Assembly: GCA_016840165.1 (NCBI GenBank)
Contig: JAEOSU010000080.1
Coordinates: 64,001 to 128,000, forward strand
DNA: 64,000 nucleotides
From: Promethearchaeota archaeon
GTDB taxonomy: Archaea > Asgardarchaeota > Lokiarchaeia > Sigyniarchaeales > SOKP01
Reading direction: 5' to 3'
Under the pieces are notes generated by a model. The model made no database searches, had not been told where the DNA came from, and saw only the letters and a program-made list of their open reading frames with translations. Shown here piece by piece: positions 49,860 to 60,800 of the stretch. Each line of letters starts with the position of its first letter. Position 1 is the stretch's first letter. A program made the position numbers and the translations under genes.

Positions 49860-50960
49860 TTAATTGAAGCAATTCCAATAAGGATTTAGAATTTCTTTCA
49901 ATTTAGGTATGAGTTTTTTCGTAATATAATTTAAAGTTTGATCATCTGATTTTCGCGGATTTTCAGTAATTAGTTTTTCTTTATCATTATTTAACACTTG
50001 CAGGCAATTATAGACGGCTTTCGCTTGTTTATCTATTTCATAGCCACCTTCAAGGGTGATTTGAATCCTACCTTCCGCGAATTTATCAGCTACTGTTTTG
50101 ATTTTACCTAAATAATTTGCAGGAGCTTGAAATGTCCATCCCATATTTGTTAATCGATCTGTCCAATGCGTGTCAAATCCAGCAGATATCAGGATAAATT
50201 CGGGTTTAAATTGATTACAAATTGGTTCGATTATTTCATCAAAATATAGCATGATTGTATCATCCGCTGCTCTTGGAGGTAATGGATAATTAATTATCTT
50301 ACCCTCTCCTTTTCCAGAGCCAATATCATTTATAAACCCACTACCTGGATAAAGTGTCCTCCCATCTTGATGAGAATTAAATATGACAACATCTCCATGA
50401 TCGGAACCATTGTAAAAAATATCTTGTGTTCCATTTCCGTGGTGACAGTCCCAGTCAATAATTGCAACTCTTTTAATGTTTTTTTCTCTAAATAAATATT
50501 CAGTAGCTATTGCTATATTATTAAATATGCAAAAACCCGAACATCTATAAGCATTTGAATGGTGGCCAGGAGGTCTCACAGCAGCAAATACGTTATTAAC
50601 ATTGCCTGCTAAAATCTCATCAATACCTTTCAAATTACCCCCAACACTATATAATGATGCCTCATATGTCTTTGCAGAAACTGCAGTATCCATATCAAGT
50701 TGTTGGATATGACCAGTAGTTTTTGCTAATTCACTGACTTCTTTTACTTCCTGAATTAAACTATCTTCATGCACGTATCTGATTTGTTCTAAGGTTGCTT
50801 TTTCCGGCTTTATTAATTTAAAATTTGAACTCTCAAATAATTTTTTTTGATTTAATAACTCCATGATAGCTACAAGTCTTTCATGACTTTCCACATGTGT
50901 CCCAATTCTATGTTCTAGAAAAATATCATCATAGACTATTCCGGTCGTCAATTTTACCAC
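49860..50960 (-). CDS. Histone deacetylase-family (Zn-dependent) lysine deacylase
   Basis: RPPGHH, GFCIFNN, DWDCHHGNGTQ, YPGSG, SAGFD and LEGGY motifs. Confidence 0.93.
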   Translation of the reverse strand: MVKLTTGIVYDDIFLEHRIGTHVESHERLVAIMELLNQKKLFESSNFKLIKPEKATLEQIRYVHEDSLIQEVKEVSELAKTTGHIQQLDMDTAVSAKTYEASLYSVGGNLKGIDEILAGNVNNVFAAVRPPGHHSNAYRCSGFCIFNNIAIATEYLFREKNIKRVAIIDWDCHHGNGTQDIFYNGSDHGDVVIFNSHQDGRTLYPGSGFINDIGSGKGEGKIINYPLPPRAADDTIMLYFDEIIEPICNQFKPEFILISAGFDTHWTDRLTNMGWTFQAPANYLGKIKTVADKFAEGRIQITLEGGYEIDKQAKAVYNCLQVLNNDKEKLITENPRKSDDQTLNYITKKLIPKLKEILNPYWNCFN

Positions 50961-51096
50961 TTCATATTTGTTTTGTTTTTTATTGTTATATTTATCTTAG
51001 TTTTTATAAAGTTTTTACTCTTGGGGCTTAATTGATTGCATACTTGTTTAATCAATAATTGAAGTAAAAGAATAAACTACAACTCTTTAATCAAAA

Positions 51097-52077
51097 TTAG
51101 GGTTTTACGAGTATCTTGATAAATTCTCTATTCTGAGATTCTAAAAATCTTTCAAAAGTTTTTTGTATTTCTTCAATTGGTATAACTTCTGAAATATATT
51201 GATTAGCGGGTACTTTTTCTTGAGCAAATAATGCAATCGATTCTATGATGTCTTCGCTATCATGCCCTAAACATCCTTGTAAATTGACTTCCTTAGAGTT
51301 AAGCATAAATAGGGGGAAAGTTATACTCCCTTTGTGAATGCCCATAAGTACAATAGTTCCTCCTTTTTTTATGAAATTAATAGCATTTGAAATTGTTTGT
51401 TCATTACCAACGCAATCAAAAATAAAACTAGGAGGTCCAAGTTTTTTAATAACCTTTTTGACTTTTGCTCTACTTGTACCAACAGCATCAGTTGCTCCCA
51501 TACCTAACGCCTTTTTCTGTAGAAACTCGTTCGGTTCAATAACAACGACATAATTTGGACTCTTTTTTATCAGTAATGCTTTAAGAAATGCTAAACCTAG
51601 ATTACCTCCTCCAATAATGAGAACCTTTTCATTTTCCTGAATTTTAGATAACTTAAAAGCTCTCATTGCTAAGGCAAAGGTTTCTACCATTACAGCATCC
51701 TTTATTGAGATGTTTTCTGGGATAGGGAAAAGTGATATATTAGGAACTTTAACATATTCAGCGAAACCACCATCTTGAAACATACCAAGTCCTTTAAGAT
51801 CGCCTTGACTTACATCAAGGGAAACATTCACACAAATTACTCTATCTCCAACTTTAGCATTAGTAATATTCTTTCCAATTTCTTCTACAACACCCGTAAT
51901 TTCATGACCCATAATTAAAGGAAAATTATACATTTTATACATAAAATTTGTAATATCGCTACCACATATTCCACAGTAATGGACTTTAACAATAGCTTCA
52001 TTTGGACCAGGAGTAGGTTTGGGATAATCTTCCTTAAGAACAATATTTTTTATATCCTCAATAACGGCTGCTTTCAT
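51097..52077 (-). CDS. Zinc-dependent medium-chain alcohol dehydrogenase
   Basis: CGICGSD, GHE, GGFAEY and GGGNLG motifs. Confidence 0.9.
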   Translation of the reverse strand: MKAAVIEDIKNIVLKEDYPKPTPGPNEAIVKVHYCGICGSDITNFMYKMYNFPLIMGHEITGVVEEIGKNITNAKVGDRVICVNVSLDVSQGDLKGLGMFQDGGFAEYVKVPNISLFPIPENISIKDAVMVETFALAMRAFKLSKIQENEKVLIIGGGNLGLAFLKALLIKKSPNYVVVIEPNEFLQKKALGMGATDAVGTSRAKVKKVIKKLGPPSFIFDCVGNEQTISNAINFIKKGGTIVLMGIHKGSITFPLFMLNSKEVNLQGCLGHDSEDIIESIALFAQEKVPANQYISEVIPIEEIQKTFERFLESQNREFIKILVKP

Positions 52078-52237
52078 TATCGTAAATATACCTTAGTTTT
52101 TAAATGAATTTAAATGATAAATATACTATTTAAGAGGTTAAAAATAATAAAACTTTTTGGATTAATTAAATTCATGCTATCTAATCATTTTATTGGAAAT
52201 TAAAGGATATCATTCCATTAAAATAACTGGAATTATA

Positions 52238-54106
52238 ATGATAGAGCTATTTGGGGATAAAATTTTTGGTTTTTCTGGTAAGATAGTTAATATCGACTTA
52301 AGTTTACAAAAAATTTCAGAGGACCCAATCAATAATGCATTTATAAATCTTTTTTTCGGTGGAGCGGGTTATGCCTGTCGATATTTATTTGATCATATAG
52401 AAAAGGATACGGATCCCTTATCCAAAGAAAATATTTTATTCATAATGAATGGTCTTTTTACTTTAACTGATGCACCCCTATCGAGTAGATTCGTCATATG
52501 CTCTAAATCACCCTACACAAACTTATGGGGTGAAGCGAACTGTGGGGGAACTTTTGGTCCAGAATTAAAGAAGGCAGGATTTGATGGGATTATTATACGT
52601 GGTCGAGCAAAGCATCCAATTATGATTAGTATTAAAGAGAATAAAGTTAAGATACTCGATGCTAAAGAAATATGGGGCCTTGGAATTAAAAAAACGAGAA
52701 CTCATATTAAATCACAATCAGAATTTAAAAAGGCAAAAGTTCTCTGTATTGGACAAGCAGGAGAGAATTTAGTAAATTTTGCTACTATTAACGCAGAAGG
52801 AAGATCTGCGGGAAGAACAGGTATGGGTGCGGTGATGGGTTCAAAAAATTTAAAAGCGATCACGGTTCAAGGAAGTTCATTCAAACCCAAAGTCGCTCTG
52901 TTAAAATCTTTTAAATGTTCAATTAAGAAACTAATAACTTATTTAGTTAAAGCAAATGCAACCAAAGTCTTAAGAGAATTTGGGACATCCGCGACTGTTT
53001 TAGGGGCATATGCTACTGGAGATCTGCCTATTAAATACTGGTCAAAAGGAAGATGGAGTAAAATTAATGATATCTCAGGTGAGAAACTAAAAAATATACT
53101 CCTCGTAAGAAATAAATCCTGTTATGGTTGTTTGATTGGTTGTGGCAGAATAATTAATATTGATAACGAGAAATATCATGCTCAGGAATGCGAAGGACCT
53201 GAATATGAAACTATTGCTGGTTTTGGCTCAATGATATTAAACAATAATTTAGAGTCAATAGCTATAGCAAATGATATGTGCAATGATTATGGATTAGACA
53301 CTATTAGTACCAGTGGAGTTATTGCTCTTACTTTTGACTTGTTTAATAAAAATATGATACAAAGTGCTGATGTCGACAATCTTAATTTAGAATGGGGAAA
53401 TGCCGATTCTATGTTAAAATTGATTGAAAAAATTGCTAAAAAAGACGGAATTGGAGAGATATTGGCACGGGGTTCAAATGCAATGGGGAAAAAGTTTAAA
53501 ATTCCTAAAGATTCTATAGCTACAATCAATAATATGGAAGTACCATATCATGACTTAAGATTTTGTCATGGTATGGCTCTAACTTATGCTTATAGCCCAA
53601 GAGGACCCTGTCACACCACTGCTGATGGGTTCAAGGTTTTTCGAAAAGAAAATGAAGTAGATTTCTCTAGCCTTGGAATTAAAAAGATTAAAATGAACTC
53701 AAATAGTAAAACAATGGTCAAAAACATAATTAAGCTACAAAATTACCGTTCGATCTATTCAAGTTTAATTTTTTGTTTTTTTTCTAATCCTCCACCGTCA
53801 TATATCTGTGAACTTATACATGGTTTAACGGGTGTAGAATTTGATGTAAATGATCTATTAATTTTTGGTGAGAGGATTTTTAATTTGAAGAGATTATTTA
53901 ATATTAAAATGGGACTGAGTCCTCAATATGAATCCATTCCAAAGATCCTTTTGGAACCTTTAGATGAAGGACCAATTAAATCAATGAGTCCAAAGTTCGA
54001 GAAGTTAAAAAAATATTATTATAGATACAGAAAGTGGGATCTTAATAATGGAAAACCCAGTCAAAAATTACTTTATGCATTAAAATTAAATGATCTAACA
54101 TTCTAA
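52238..54106 (+). CDS. Aldehyde:ferredoxin oxidoreductase family (W/Mo-pterin)
   Basis: KSPYT, AGFDG, AGRTGMGAVMGSKNLKAI, CYGCLIGC, PEYET and DYGLDTIS. ATG at 52238 is preferred. Confidence 0.92.
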   Translation: MIELFGDKIFGFSGKIVNIDLSLQKISEDPINNAFINLFFGGAGYACRYLFDHIEKDTDPLSKENILFIMNGLFTLTDAPLSSRFVICSKSPYTNLWGEANCGGTFGPELKKAGFDGIIIRGRAKHPIMISIKENKVKILDAKEIWGLGIKKTRTHIKSQSEFKKAKVLCIGQAGENLVNFATINAEGRSAGRTGMGAVMGSKNLKAITVQGSSFKPKVALLKSFKCSIKKLITYLVKANATKVLREFGTSATVLGAYATGDLPIKYWSKGRWSKINDISGEKLKNILLVRNKSCYGCLIGCGRIINIDNEKYHAQECEGPEYETIAGFGSMILNNNLESIAIANDMCNDYGLDTISTSGVIALTFDLFNKNMIQSADVDNLNLEWGNADSMLKLIEKIAKKDGIGEILARGSNAMGKKFKIPKDSIATINNMEVPYHDLRFCHGMALTYAYSPRGPCHTTADGFKVFRKENEVDFSSLGIKKIKMNSNSKTMVKNIIKLQNYRSIYSSLIFCFFSNPPPSYICELIHGLTGVEFDVNDLLIFGERIFNLKRLFNIKMGLSPQYESIPKILLEPLDEGPIKSMSPKFEKLKKYYYRYRKWDLNNGKPSQKLLYALKLNDLTF

Positions 54107-54180
54107 TAAAATATATAATTCTAAAAACCATTTGTCTATATTAAAATTATATATGAAAAAAGTTTAATTATGTGATTATA

Positions 54181-54885
54181 ATGATGGAAAGAGAAGAAGA
54201 GCATATCGTAGGAGGCGGTAAAATTAGAAGTGCAATATTAGGGCTTAATGATGGTTTAATTTCCACCTTTACATTATTAGTTGGAATTGCTGCTGCATCG
54301 TTTGCGGGAGGAGGAGGAACGAATATTATAATCTTAACGGGTATAGCTGCTATGGTATCAGGAGCAATAAGTATGGGGCTTGGAGAGTACGTGTCATCAA
54401 AATCAGAATATAATTATATTAAAAATGAAATTAGGAAAGAAAAAGCAGAAATAGAGTTATTTCCGGATGAAGAGAAACAGGAAGTGAAAAATTATTTTGA
54501 AAAGATGGGACTTAAAGGTAATACCTTAGATTCATGTGTTGATTCAATCACAGGTAATAAAGAGACATGGCTCAATTTTTTATTAAAAAGTGAATTAGGA
54601 TTAGAGGAGCCAGAATCACCAATATTAGGAGCTCTTCTGACATTTATATCATTCATTCTTGGTTCATTAATCCCTCAGATTCCTTACTTTCTAAATTTAG
54701 GATTCATATCTTTGATACTATCGATGATAATCTCATTTGGTTCACTTTTCCTTGTCGGTGCTTTAAAAACCAAAATCACTGGTGAAAAAAAAATAAAGGG
54801 GGCTTCTGAAATGTTAATTATTGGAATTATTGCATTTAGCATTTCATATTTAATTGGTTTGGGACTTGAACAATTGATAATTTAA
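54181..54885 (+). CDS. VIT1/CCC1-family Fe/Mn transporter
   Basis: ILGLNDGL and GAISMGLGEYVS motifs, plus an acidic cytoplasmic metal-binding loop. Confidence 0.92.
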   Translation: MMEREEEHIVGGGKIRSAILGLNDGLISTFTLLVGIAAASFAGGGGTNIIILTGIAAMVSGAISMGLGEYVSSKSEYNYIKNEIRKEKAEIELFPDEEKQEVKNYFEKMGLKGNTLDSCVDSITGNKETWLNFLLKSELGLEEPESPILGALLTFISFILGSLIPQIPYFLNLGFISLILSMIISFGSLFLVGALKTKITGEKKIKGASEMLIIGIIAFSISYLIGLGLEQLII

Positions 54886-54903
54886 GAAAAAAATTAAAAT
54901 CTA

Positions 54904-55485
54904 TTAAAGGAAAATTTCTTCAAAAAATTGTTGATCATGGTCACAATTAGGACATTTTAAAGGTGCTTGATTTAATTCTACATTTCCACATATTTTGCAT
55001 AAAAAAATCTCAATTTCATCGATAGTTTGACCACTATCGAGGAGTTCTAAGTACTTCATAAACAATTCGCCATGTACTTTCTCAGCTTTTCTCGCTAAAT
55101 CAAAACTGAATTCAGCTAGGTAAAAATCTTTCTTTTTAGCATTTTTTATGAAACTCTTGTACATTTTTTTAAATTCATAGGTCTCTCCTGCAATAGCATC
55201 TTTTAAATTATCTCTGGTGGAGCTAACTTTAATAGATAATTCAGACTCATCAGAACCAACTATATGATTAATATTAAATTTTTTATTAGTGATTTTTTCT
55301 AAGGCTCGTAAGTGATTCTTTACATGAATCTCCTCTGCTAGAGAAACAGTCTTAAATAATTTGGCGATCATTAAGTGGTTTTCTTTCAACGCTTTCTCTG
55401 AAAATAAAGCATATTTTCTTTTTGCTGTATACTCTCCTCTAATACCTTCCTTTAAATTTTCGATTATTATATTAATCTTTATCAA
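54904..55485 (-). CDS. rbr: Rubrerythrin
   Basis: GE...Y, AEEIH, GETYE, AEKVH di-iron ligands; C-terminal CKICG...CPNC rubredoxin-like domain. Confidence 0.9.
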   Translation of the reverse strand: MIKINIIIENLKEGIRGEYTAKRKYALFSEKALKENHLMIAKLFKTVSLAEEIHVKNHLRALEKITNKKFNINHIVGSDESELSIKVSSTRDNLKDAIAGETYEFKKMYKSFIKNAKKKDFYLAEFSFDLARKAEKVHGELFMKYLELLDSGQTIDEIEIFLCKICGNVELNQAPLKCPNCDHDQQFFEEIFL

Positions 55486-55569
55486 TCTCTTATTTTATTA
55501 TAAAGAGATTAATGAATTATATTATAACAATTTTACTTTATATGAATTTTTAAAGTAATTAAAAGTAGG

Positions 55570-57696
55570 TTAGTCCTCCTTATTTGTAAATCGTAGAAAA
55601 TTATTTCTTGGCTCATAAAGAGTACCTTCCTTTACAAGTTCGTCAATGGCGTCTTTTATCCATTTCTCATCTAATTCTTCCTCTAATTCGAGAATCTCAA
55701 TAACATTTTTCCTCTCTAATGCTTGCCAATGATTCTCTTCAAATACTTCTTTTAATCTATTTAATAGTTTGTCTAGTTTATTGATTGAGCTCCTTGATTG
55801 TCCCACTAAAATCCGATCCATGTCAATTTTTCCAGTCGTTTCATCGTAACCTGTATCTTCTAAATAGCGTTTAAATAATTTAATTATCTCTTCTACATCT
55901 TCTTTTACAACTTTATTTCTTAAGGCCATTTTTGCATAGGCTTCACTTAATCTTACAAGAGCATCTAAATTTCTTGCTAAAATCGATACTATGGCATCTT
56001 CACTGTCATATTTCCCTCGCAAATCTAAATAGTATTCTTTAATTCTTTCTTTTGCCTCATCTGTTAAGAGTGGCTCATAATTTCTTCGAGCGTGCTTTAT
56101 ATACTTTTTAAGCAAATCTCCATTAATAGGTGCCGTAATATCTGTTAGATCATCATTTAGAGAGCCATTCCTGATTATTGAGTTCTTTAAAATAAATTCT
56201 GCCATTAGGGCATCATCTGCAGGATCAGGTCTATCAATTACCACAAATATCAGATCAAACCTGGACAATAAAGAGGGTGGTAAATGAATATTCTGAGTTG
56301 GAGTTTTATATCTATCATATCTTCCTGAACGAGGATTTGCTGCTGCTAAAATTGCAGTTTGAGCCTTTAATGTAGCCACAATTCCTGCTTTGGCTATGCT
56401 TACAGTTTGTTGCTCCATTGCTTCATGTAGAGCAGATCTATCTTGTGGATCCATTTTATCAAATTCATCAATTGCAGCAATTCCACCATTTGCTAATACA
56501 ACTGCTCCTGCTTCAAGATTCATTTGCCCTGTATCTGTATCTTTAATTACAGCTGCTGTTAAACCTACTGCAGTTGATCCTTTTCCAGAAGTATATATTC
56601 CTCTTGGGGATATATCTATAGCAGATTTCAAAATTTCACTTTTTCCGGTTCCAGGATCTCCTACAAATAGAACATGAATATCTCCTCGTTTATAGCCGCC
56701 ATCAGGCTTTTTTTTTCTTGTCCCTGCAAATAAACTTAAAGCGCATGCCATTTTTAGATCTTCTCTTCCATATATTGTTGGAGCAATTGAACGCGCTATT
56801 TTTCTTTGTATTCGTGGTTCTTTGGCTAGTTTCTCTATTTCTTTTTTATCTTCTTTTGATAAATCCATTATTTCATCGGTTTTATCTTCGGGATCTATTA
56901 GATTCACCTCGATAAAGGTCTTAAAAAGTGTGCTATTGATACTTTTTGTAGATTGAGCTAAAGTTGATTTATATATACCTACTACATTAACCCTATCTCC
57001 AGGTTTGACTGTATCAACTAAATCATGTTTTAAGATAGATTGAATAGCTCTTGGAATTCTACCAGGTGGTAAATCTTCTGGGATTTCTTGAATGGTTACG
57101 CTTTGCCAATCAATAAAAGTAGAGTTTTTCGATATGAGTCTAAAATCTGATTGAGCTTTTGCTTTACAACTTTTTTTTATACAAAATTTTGGCCATTTAA
57201 TTCGCGAGGTAAGTTGAGTAACGTTGAATTGAGTTTTACAAACCATACATTCGAATGTTGCTTCAATTAATTTAGGCCGAATAGTAGAGCTTCTAATCAA
57301 AATTCCATTAAAAGAAACTAAAGTATCAATATGCTTTGCCCTTAAACCTCTTAATGGAATAGTTAATGGACTCTTTTCATCAATAGTAGATAATCTAACA
57401 AAAAAATCCTTATTGCTCGTTTTTGATCCTTGGGATTTCAATAATTTTTTAAACGCTTTAATAGCCTCCTCTATTGACGATTCAGGGTCTTTTCTAAGCA
57501 TTTCAGCTAATTGTGAATCAAAAGCAAGAAGATCTTCATAATATATTATTAAACTATTACCATTTTTCGAGATAATTTCATTTATTTGTTCTTGATATTT
57601 ATAAACGCCAGGTTCATCCTCAAATAGACGGAAAAAGTCTTCATATCGCTGAGTTGTATAAATGGGTACACTAGGAGTTGATGCGGGAGATGCCAA
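55570..57696 (-). CDS. mcm: Minichromosome maintenance replicative helicase
   Basis: Zn finger, GDPGTGKS, GLTAAV, IDEFDKM, HEAMEQQT and SRFD; no intein evident. Confidence 0.97.
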   Translation of the reverse strand: MASPASTPSVPIYTTQRYEDFFRLFEDEPGVYKYQEQINEIISKNGNSLIIYYEDLLAFDSQLAEMLRKDPESSIEEAIKAFKKLLKSQGSKTSNKDFFVRLSTIDEKSPLTIPLRGLRAKHIDTLVSFNGILIRSSTIRPKLIEATFECMVCKTQFNVTQLTSRIKWPKFCIKKSCKAKAQSDFRLISKNSTFIDWQSVTIQEIPEDLPPGRIPRAIQSILKHDLVDTVKPGDRVNVVGIYKSTLAQSTKSINSTLFKTFIEVNLIDPEDKTDEIMDLSKEDKKEIEKLAKEPRIQRKIARSIAPTIYGREDLKMACALSLFAGTRKKKPDGGYKRGDIHVLFVGDPGTGKSEILKSAIDISPRGIYTSGKGSTAVGLTAAVIKDTDTGQMNLEAGAVVLANGGIAAIDEFDKMDPQDRSALHEAMEQQTVSIAKAGIVATLKAQTAILAAANPRSGRYDRYKTPTQNIHLPPSLLSRFDLIFVVIDRPDPADDALMAEFILKNSIIRNGSLNDDLTDITAPINGDLLKKYIKHARRNYEPLLTDEAKERIKEYYLDLRGKYDSEDAIVSILARNLDALVRLSEAYAKMALRNKVVKEDVEEIIKLFKRYLEDTGYDETTGKIDMDRILVGQSRSSINKLDKLLNRLKEVFEENHWQALERKNVIEILELEEELDEKWIKDAIDELVKEGTLYEPRNNFLRFTNKED

Positions 57697-57874
57697 ATAT
57701 TTTCACCTTTAATCTAAATTTACATACCAAAGTTATTTTTTATAGCTTTTTAATTCGTCATATTAACGATTTAAGCTTATTAAGGAGAAAATAATATTTA
57801 ATGGAAAAAAGCATAAAGACCGGATAAATTTAGTAATATTTATTGATAATATTTAATGAAAATGAGCAAGATAT

Positions 57875-60800
57875 TCAACTTTCTTTTAACTTAACTAAAG
57901 TTTCACAGATTATCGGATCTTGTGACATTTCACATCTTACTTTTAATAAAGAAATTACTCTATCCTTAATATTTTGCTCTTCATATTTTACCGTTCTTCC
58001 AAGTATTAAAGCAATTGACTGCTGAGTTTCTATTGCTGTCTCGTCAGTTAGTTGTTGTAACAATTTTGAAAGGATTTTAGTAATACCCTTATTTTTAATA
58101 ATATCGACCATAGCATTTACGGCTGATCTTCTCACTTCTTTAGATTCATCTGCAAGAAGCTTAATAAAATAATCAATCGTTTTACCAATATCTTCTTCTC
58201 CATATATTTTTAATAAATTAGCCGATCCCTCTCTTACTATCGGATCTTTATCATTCACATTATTCAATACTTTTTCAAAGGGAATCTGTGAAGGTTGTAA
58301 GTCCTTTATTGAAGATAGAAGGTTCATTGAAGAGCGCCGAACCCAATTATTTTTATCTTCGAGTAAAATAACCAATTCATTGATGATTTGTTCTTTATTT
58401 TTAATTAATTTAACTAGACTTCCAATGCTTGATATGCTAGCTTCTCTAACATTCCACTCTTCATCATTTAAAGCGTTATTTATTAAAAATTCGCATACTT
58501 GATTGGGAGATTTCACACCGATAAATCCTAGTATTTTCACTACCGTTTCCCTAATAAATGAATCATTATCAGAAAATAATTCCAAAAGGGGATCTAGTGG
58601 AATGATATCCGGGTTCTTCTCTGTGAGGATCATTATTATTTTTATAAGAGGAACCTTGAGATGCGACTCTTGCTTTTTTAAAATATCCAAAAGTTGATTA
58701 ATTATTGCAGTAAACGACAGGGGAGAATTTTTTGCTACTTTTGAGAGTAATTGTATTATATTTTTTTTTACTTCATTAACATGTTCACGTTGAAATATAT
58801 TCAGAAGTAAACCCACATCGATTTTCTGAATATGATCATCAATTATACCATCAAGAGAATTTATAGCATTTAATCTAGTGAAATCATTTTCAGAATCTAA
58901 TGATTTGATCAACCTTTCATAAATTTCATAGGGATGATGCCTAGCAATCTTAATGATGGTATTGGATATGATACCTTTTGAGAAAAATTTTGAATCATCT
59001 TCAATCGTGATTAAATTATTAAAAACCAATTCTGGAGATTTATCATAATTTTCAACTAAAATATTAGAAACTGTTTTTTTTATTTCCTCATTTTCAAATT
59101 TGATGAATTTTAGAAGTGTGGATAAGATTTTTTCACTATCCATCTCCCATAAATCACCAATCAATTGTAAAATACTCATAGTAATGGAGGGATTGTTTTT
59201 ATCTAATTTGTTTATGATGCTATCAAGATTAATCAATTTTGGACTCTCATTATAAAATTTGATGAGCACTAAAATTGCTGCGTCTCTTACTAATTTATCT
59301 GCATCACTTAATGCATCAAGAAATGGTGAAATTTGGATTGAATATTTCTTAAAATTTCCTATCTTAGAAAACAGAGTATAAATTGAAGCTCTGACTGAGC
59401 TAGATGGGTCTTTCATATAAGGAATTAAAGTTTGGACTAAATCTTTATCAATATATTCTGTTTTCAGTCCTGCTAAATTACTTATTGCTTTTGCTCTGAT
59501 TTCTTTATTTGGATGATTTATCTTCTTTATTAAAATTTTAACTGGGATCTCATATGGAGCTTTAGGTATACTATTTAGTATCTCAAGCTGGACCTTTTCA
59601 TCTGGATCCTCTAATAATTTAATAAATTCATTGGATTTTATTAATTCATCCTTGATTAATTTAAGTTTTATCAAAAGTTTAATCCCAATTAATTTAATCC
59701 TCCATTCAGAATCTCTAATCAAATTTAGAATTTTATTTTTTGAGATAGTTCTTAAAATATCATTATTCAAATTAAGTATAATTTTAGCTATTGACAGAGC
59801 TTTGGTATAATTTGAAGATTCTAGTTCTTCAAGTAGCCAAGGGAATATTAAATTAGGTGCATCTTGAGATAACCTATTTAAAATATTGAAACAAATCTTT
59901 CTCATAACATCGTTTTGGTCAGATAGACCATCAATAAGTAAGTCTTTAAATTTCCAATTATTAAGATCTATTTCAGAACGAAGCGTAATTCTTTCAAACA
60001 TCAAATTAATTGTCTTTTTAGCATGATTGTGTATCTTAGGATTTTTATTTTTGAGAAAATTAAAAAGGGGGATGGGATCAAAATTATGACCACACTGAGT
60101 TATCTTTGAAATTTTAAGATTGATTATGAATTCATTTCTTTGAGATAAAAAGTAATATGTTGTAAATAGTATCATTGTAATCTCCTCGATAATTGCCGCC
60201 CAAGAGAGTAGAAGATAATTAGGTATAATTTGATTCGTGATAGCCCAAAAGTTAAAAACTTCAGATAATTTATCTGAATTGACAATTAAGAAATTAATTA
60301 GGACATTAATCCCAATAGCAGCGATTAAATAAGCGGAAAAATATATATCTATAGCTTTATATTTAATTTTTCTCCCCCAAAATCTTGTGAAATATCCAAC
60401 GACTCCAAAGAATAAGGTGACAAATACAAATACTGAAGTCATAGTAGAAAAAGCCAGAGAGCCGGTAAAATATAATCCAATAGTTTGAAAAAAAGAAATC
60501 CAAGCCCATACAAATACAAACAACATGACTCCAAAAGTTATATAGGGAATCGGCTCAGACAGAAACTGTTTAATTCCTCTTTTACTATTTTCAAAATTAA
60601 GGAAAGAATAACGCTTTATTTCCGGAATATGATAATATGCATTAGAAAGGCCGGCGATATACCCTTTCGAACCAAAAAAAGTTAAAATCGTTATAGGATA
60701 TATTAACAGCCAAGAGATCCATATTATCGCAAAAGGAATATTTACTATAGCTATAAAAAAAGGTGGTATTATAAAAAATAAATAAAGAATAATTGCCATT

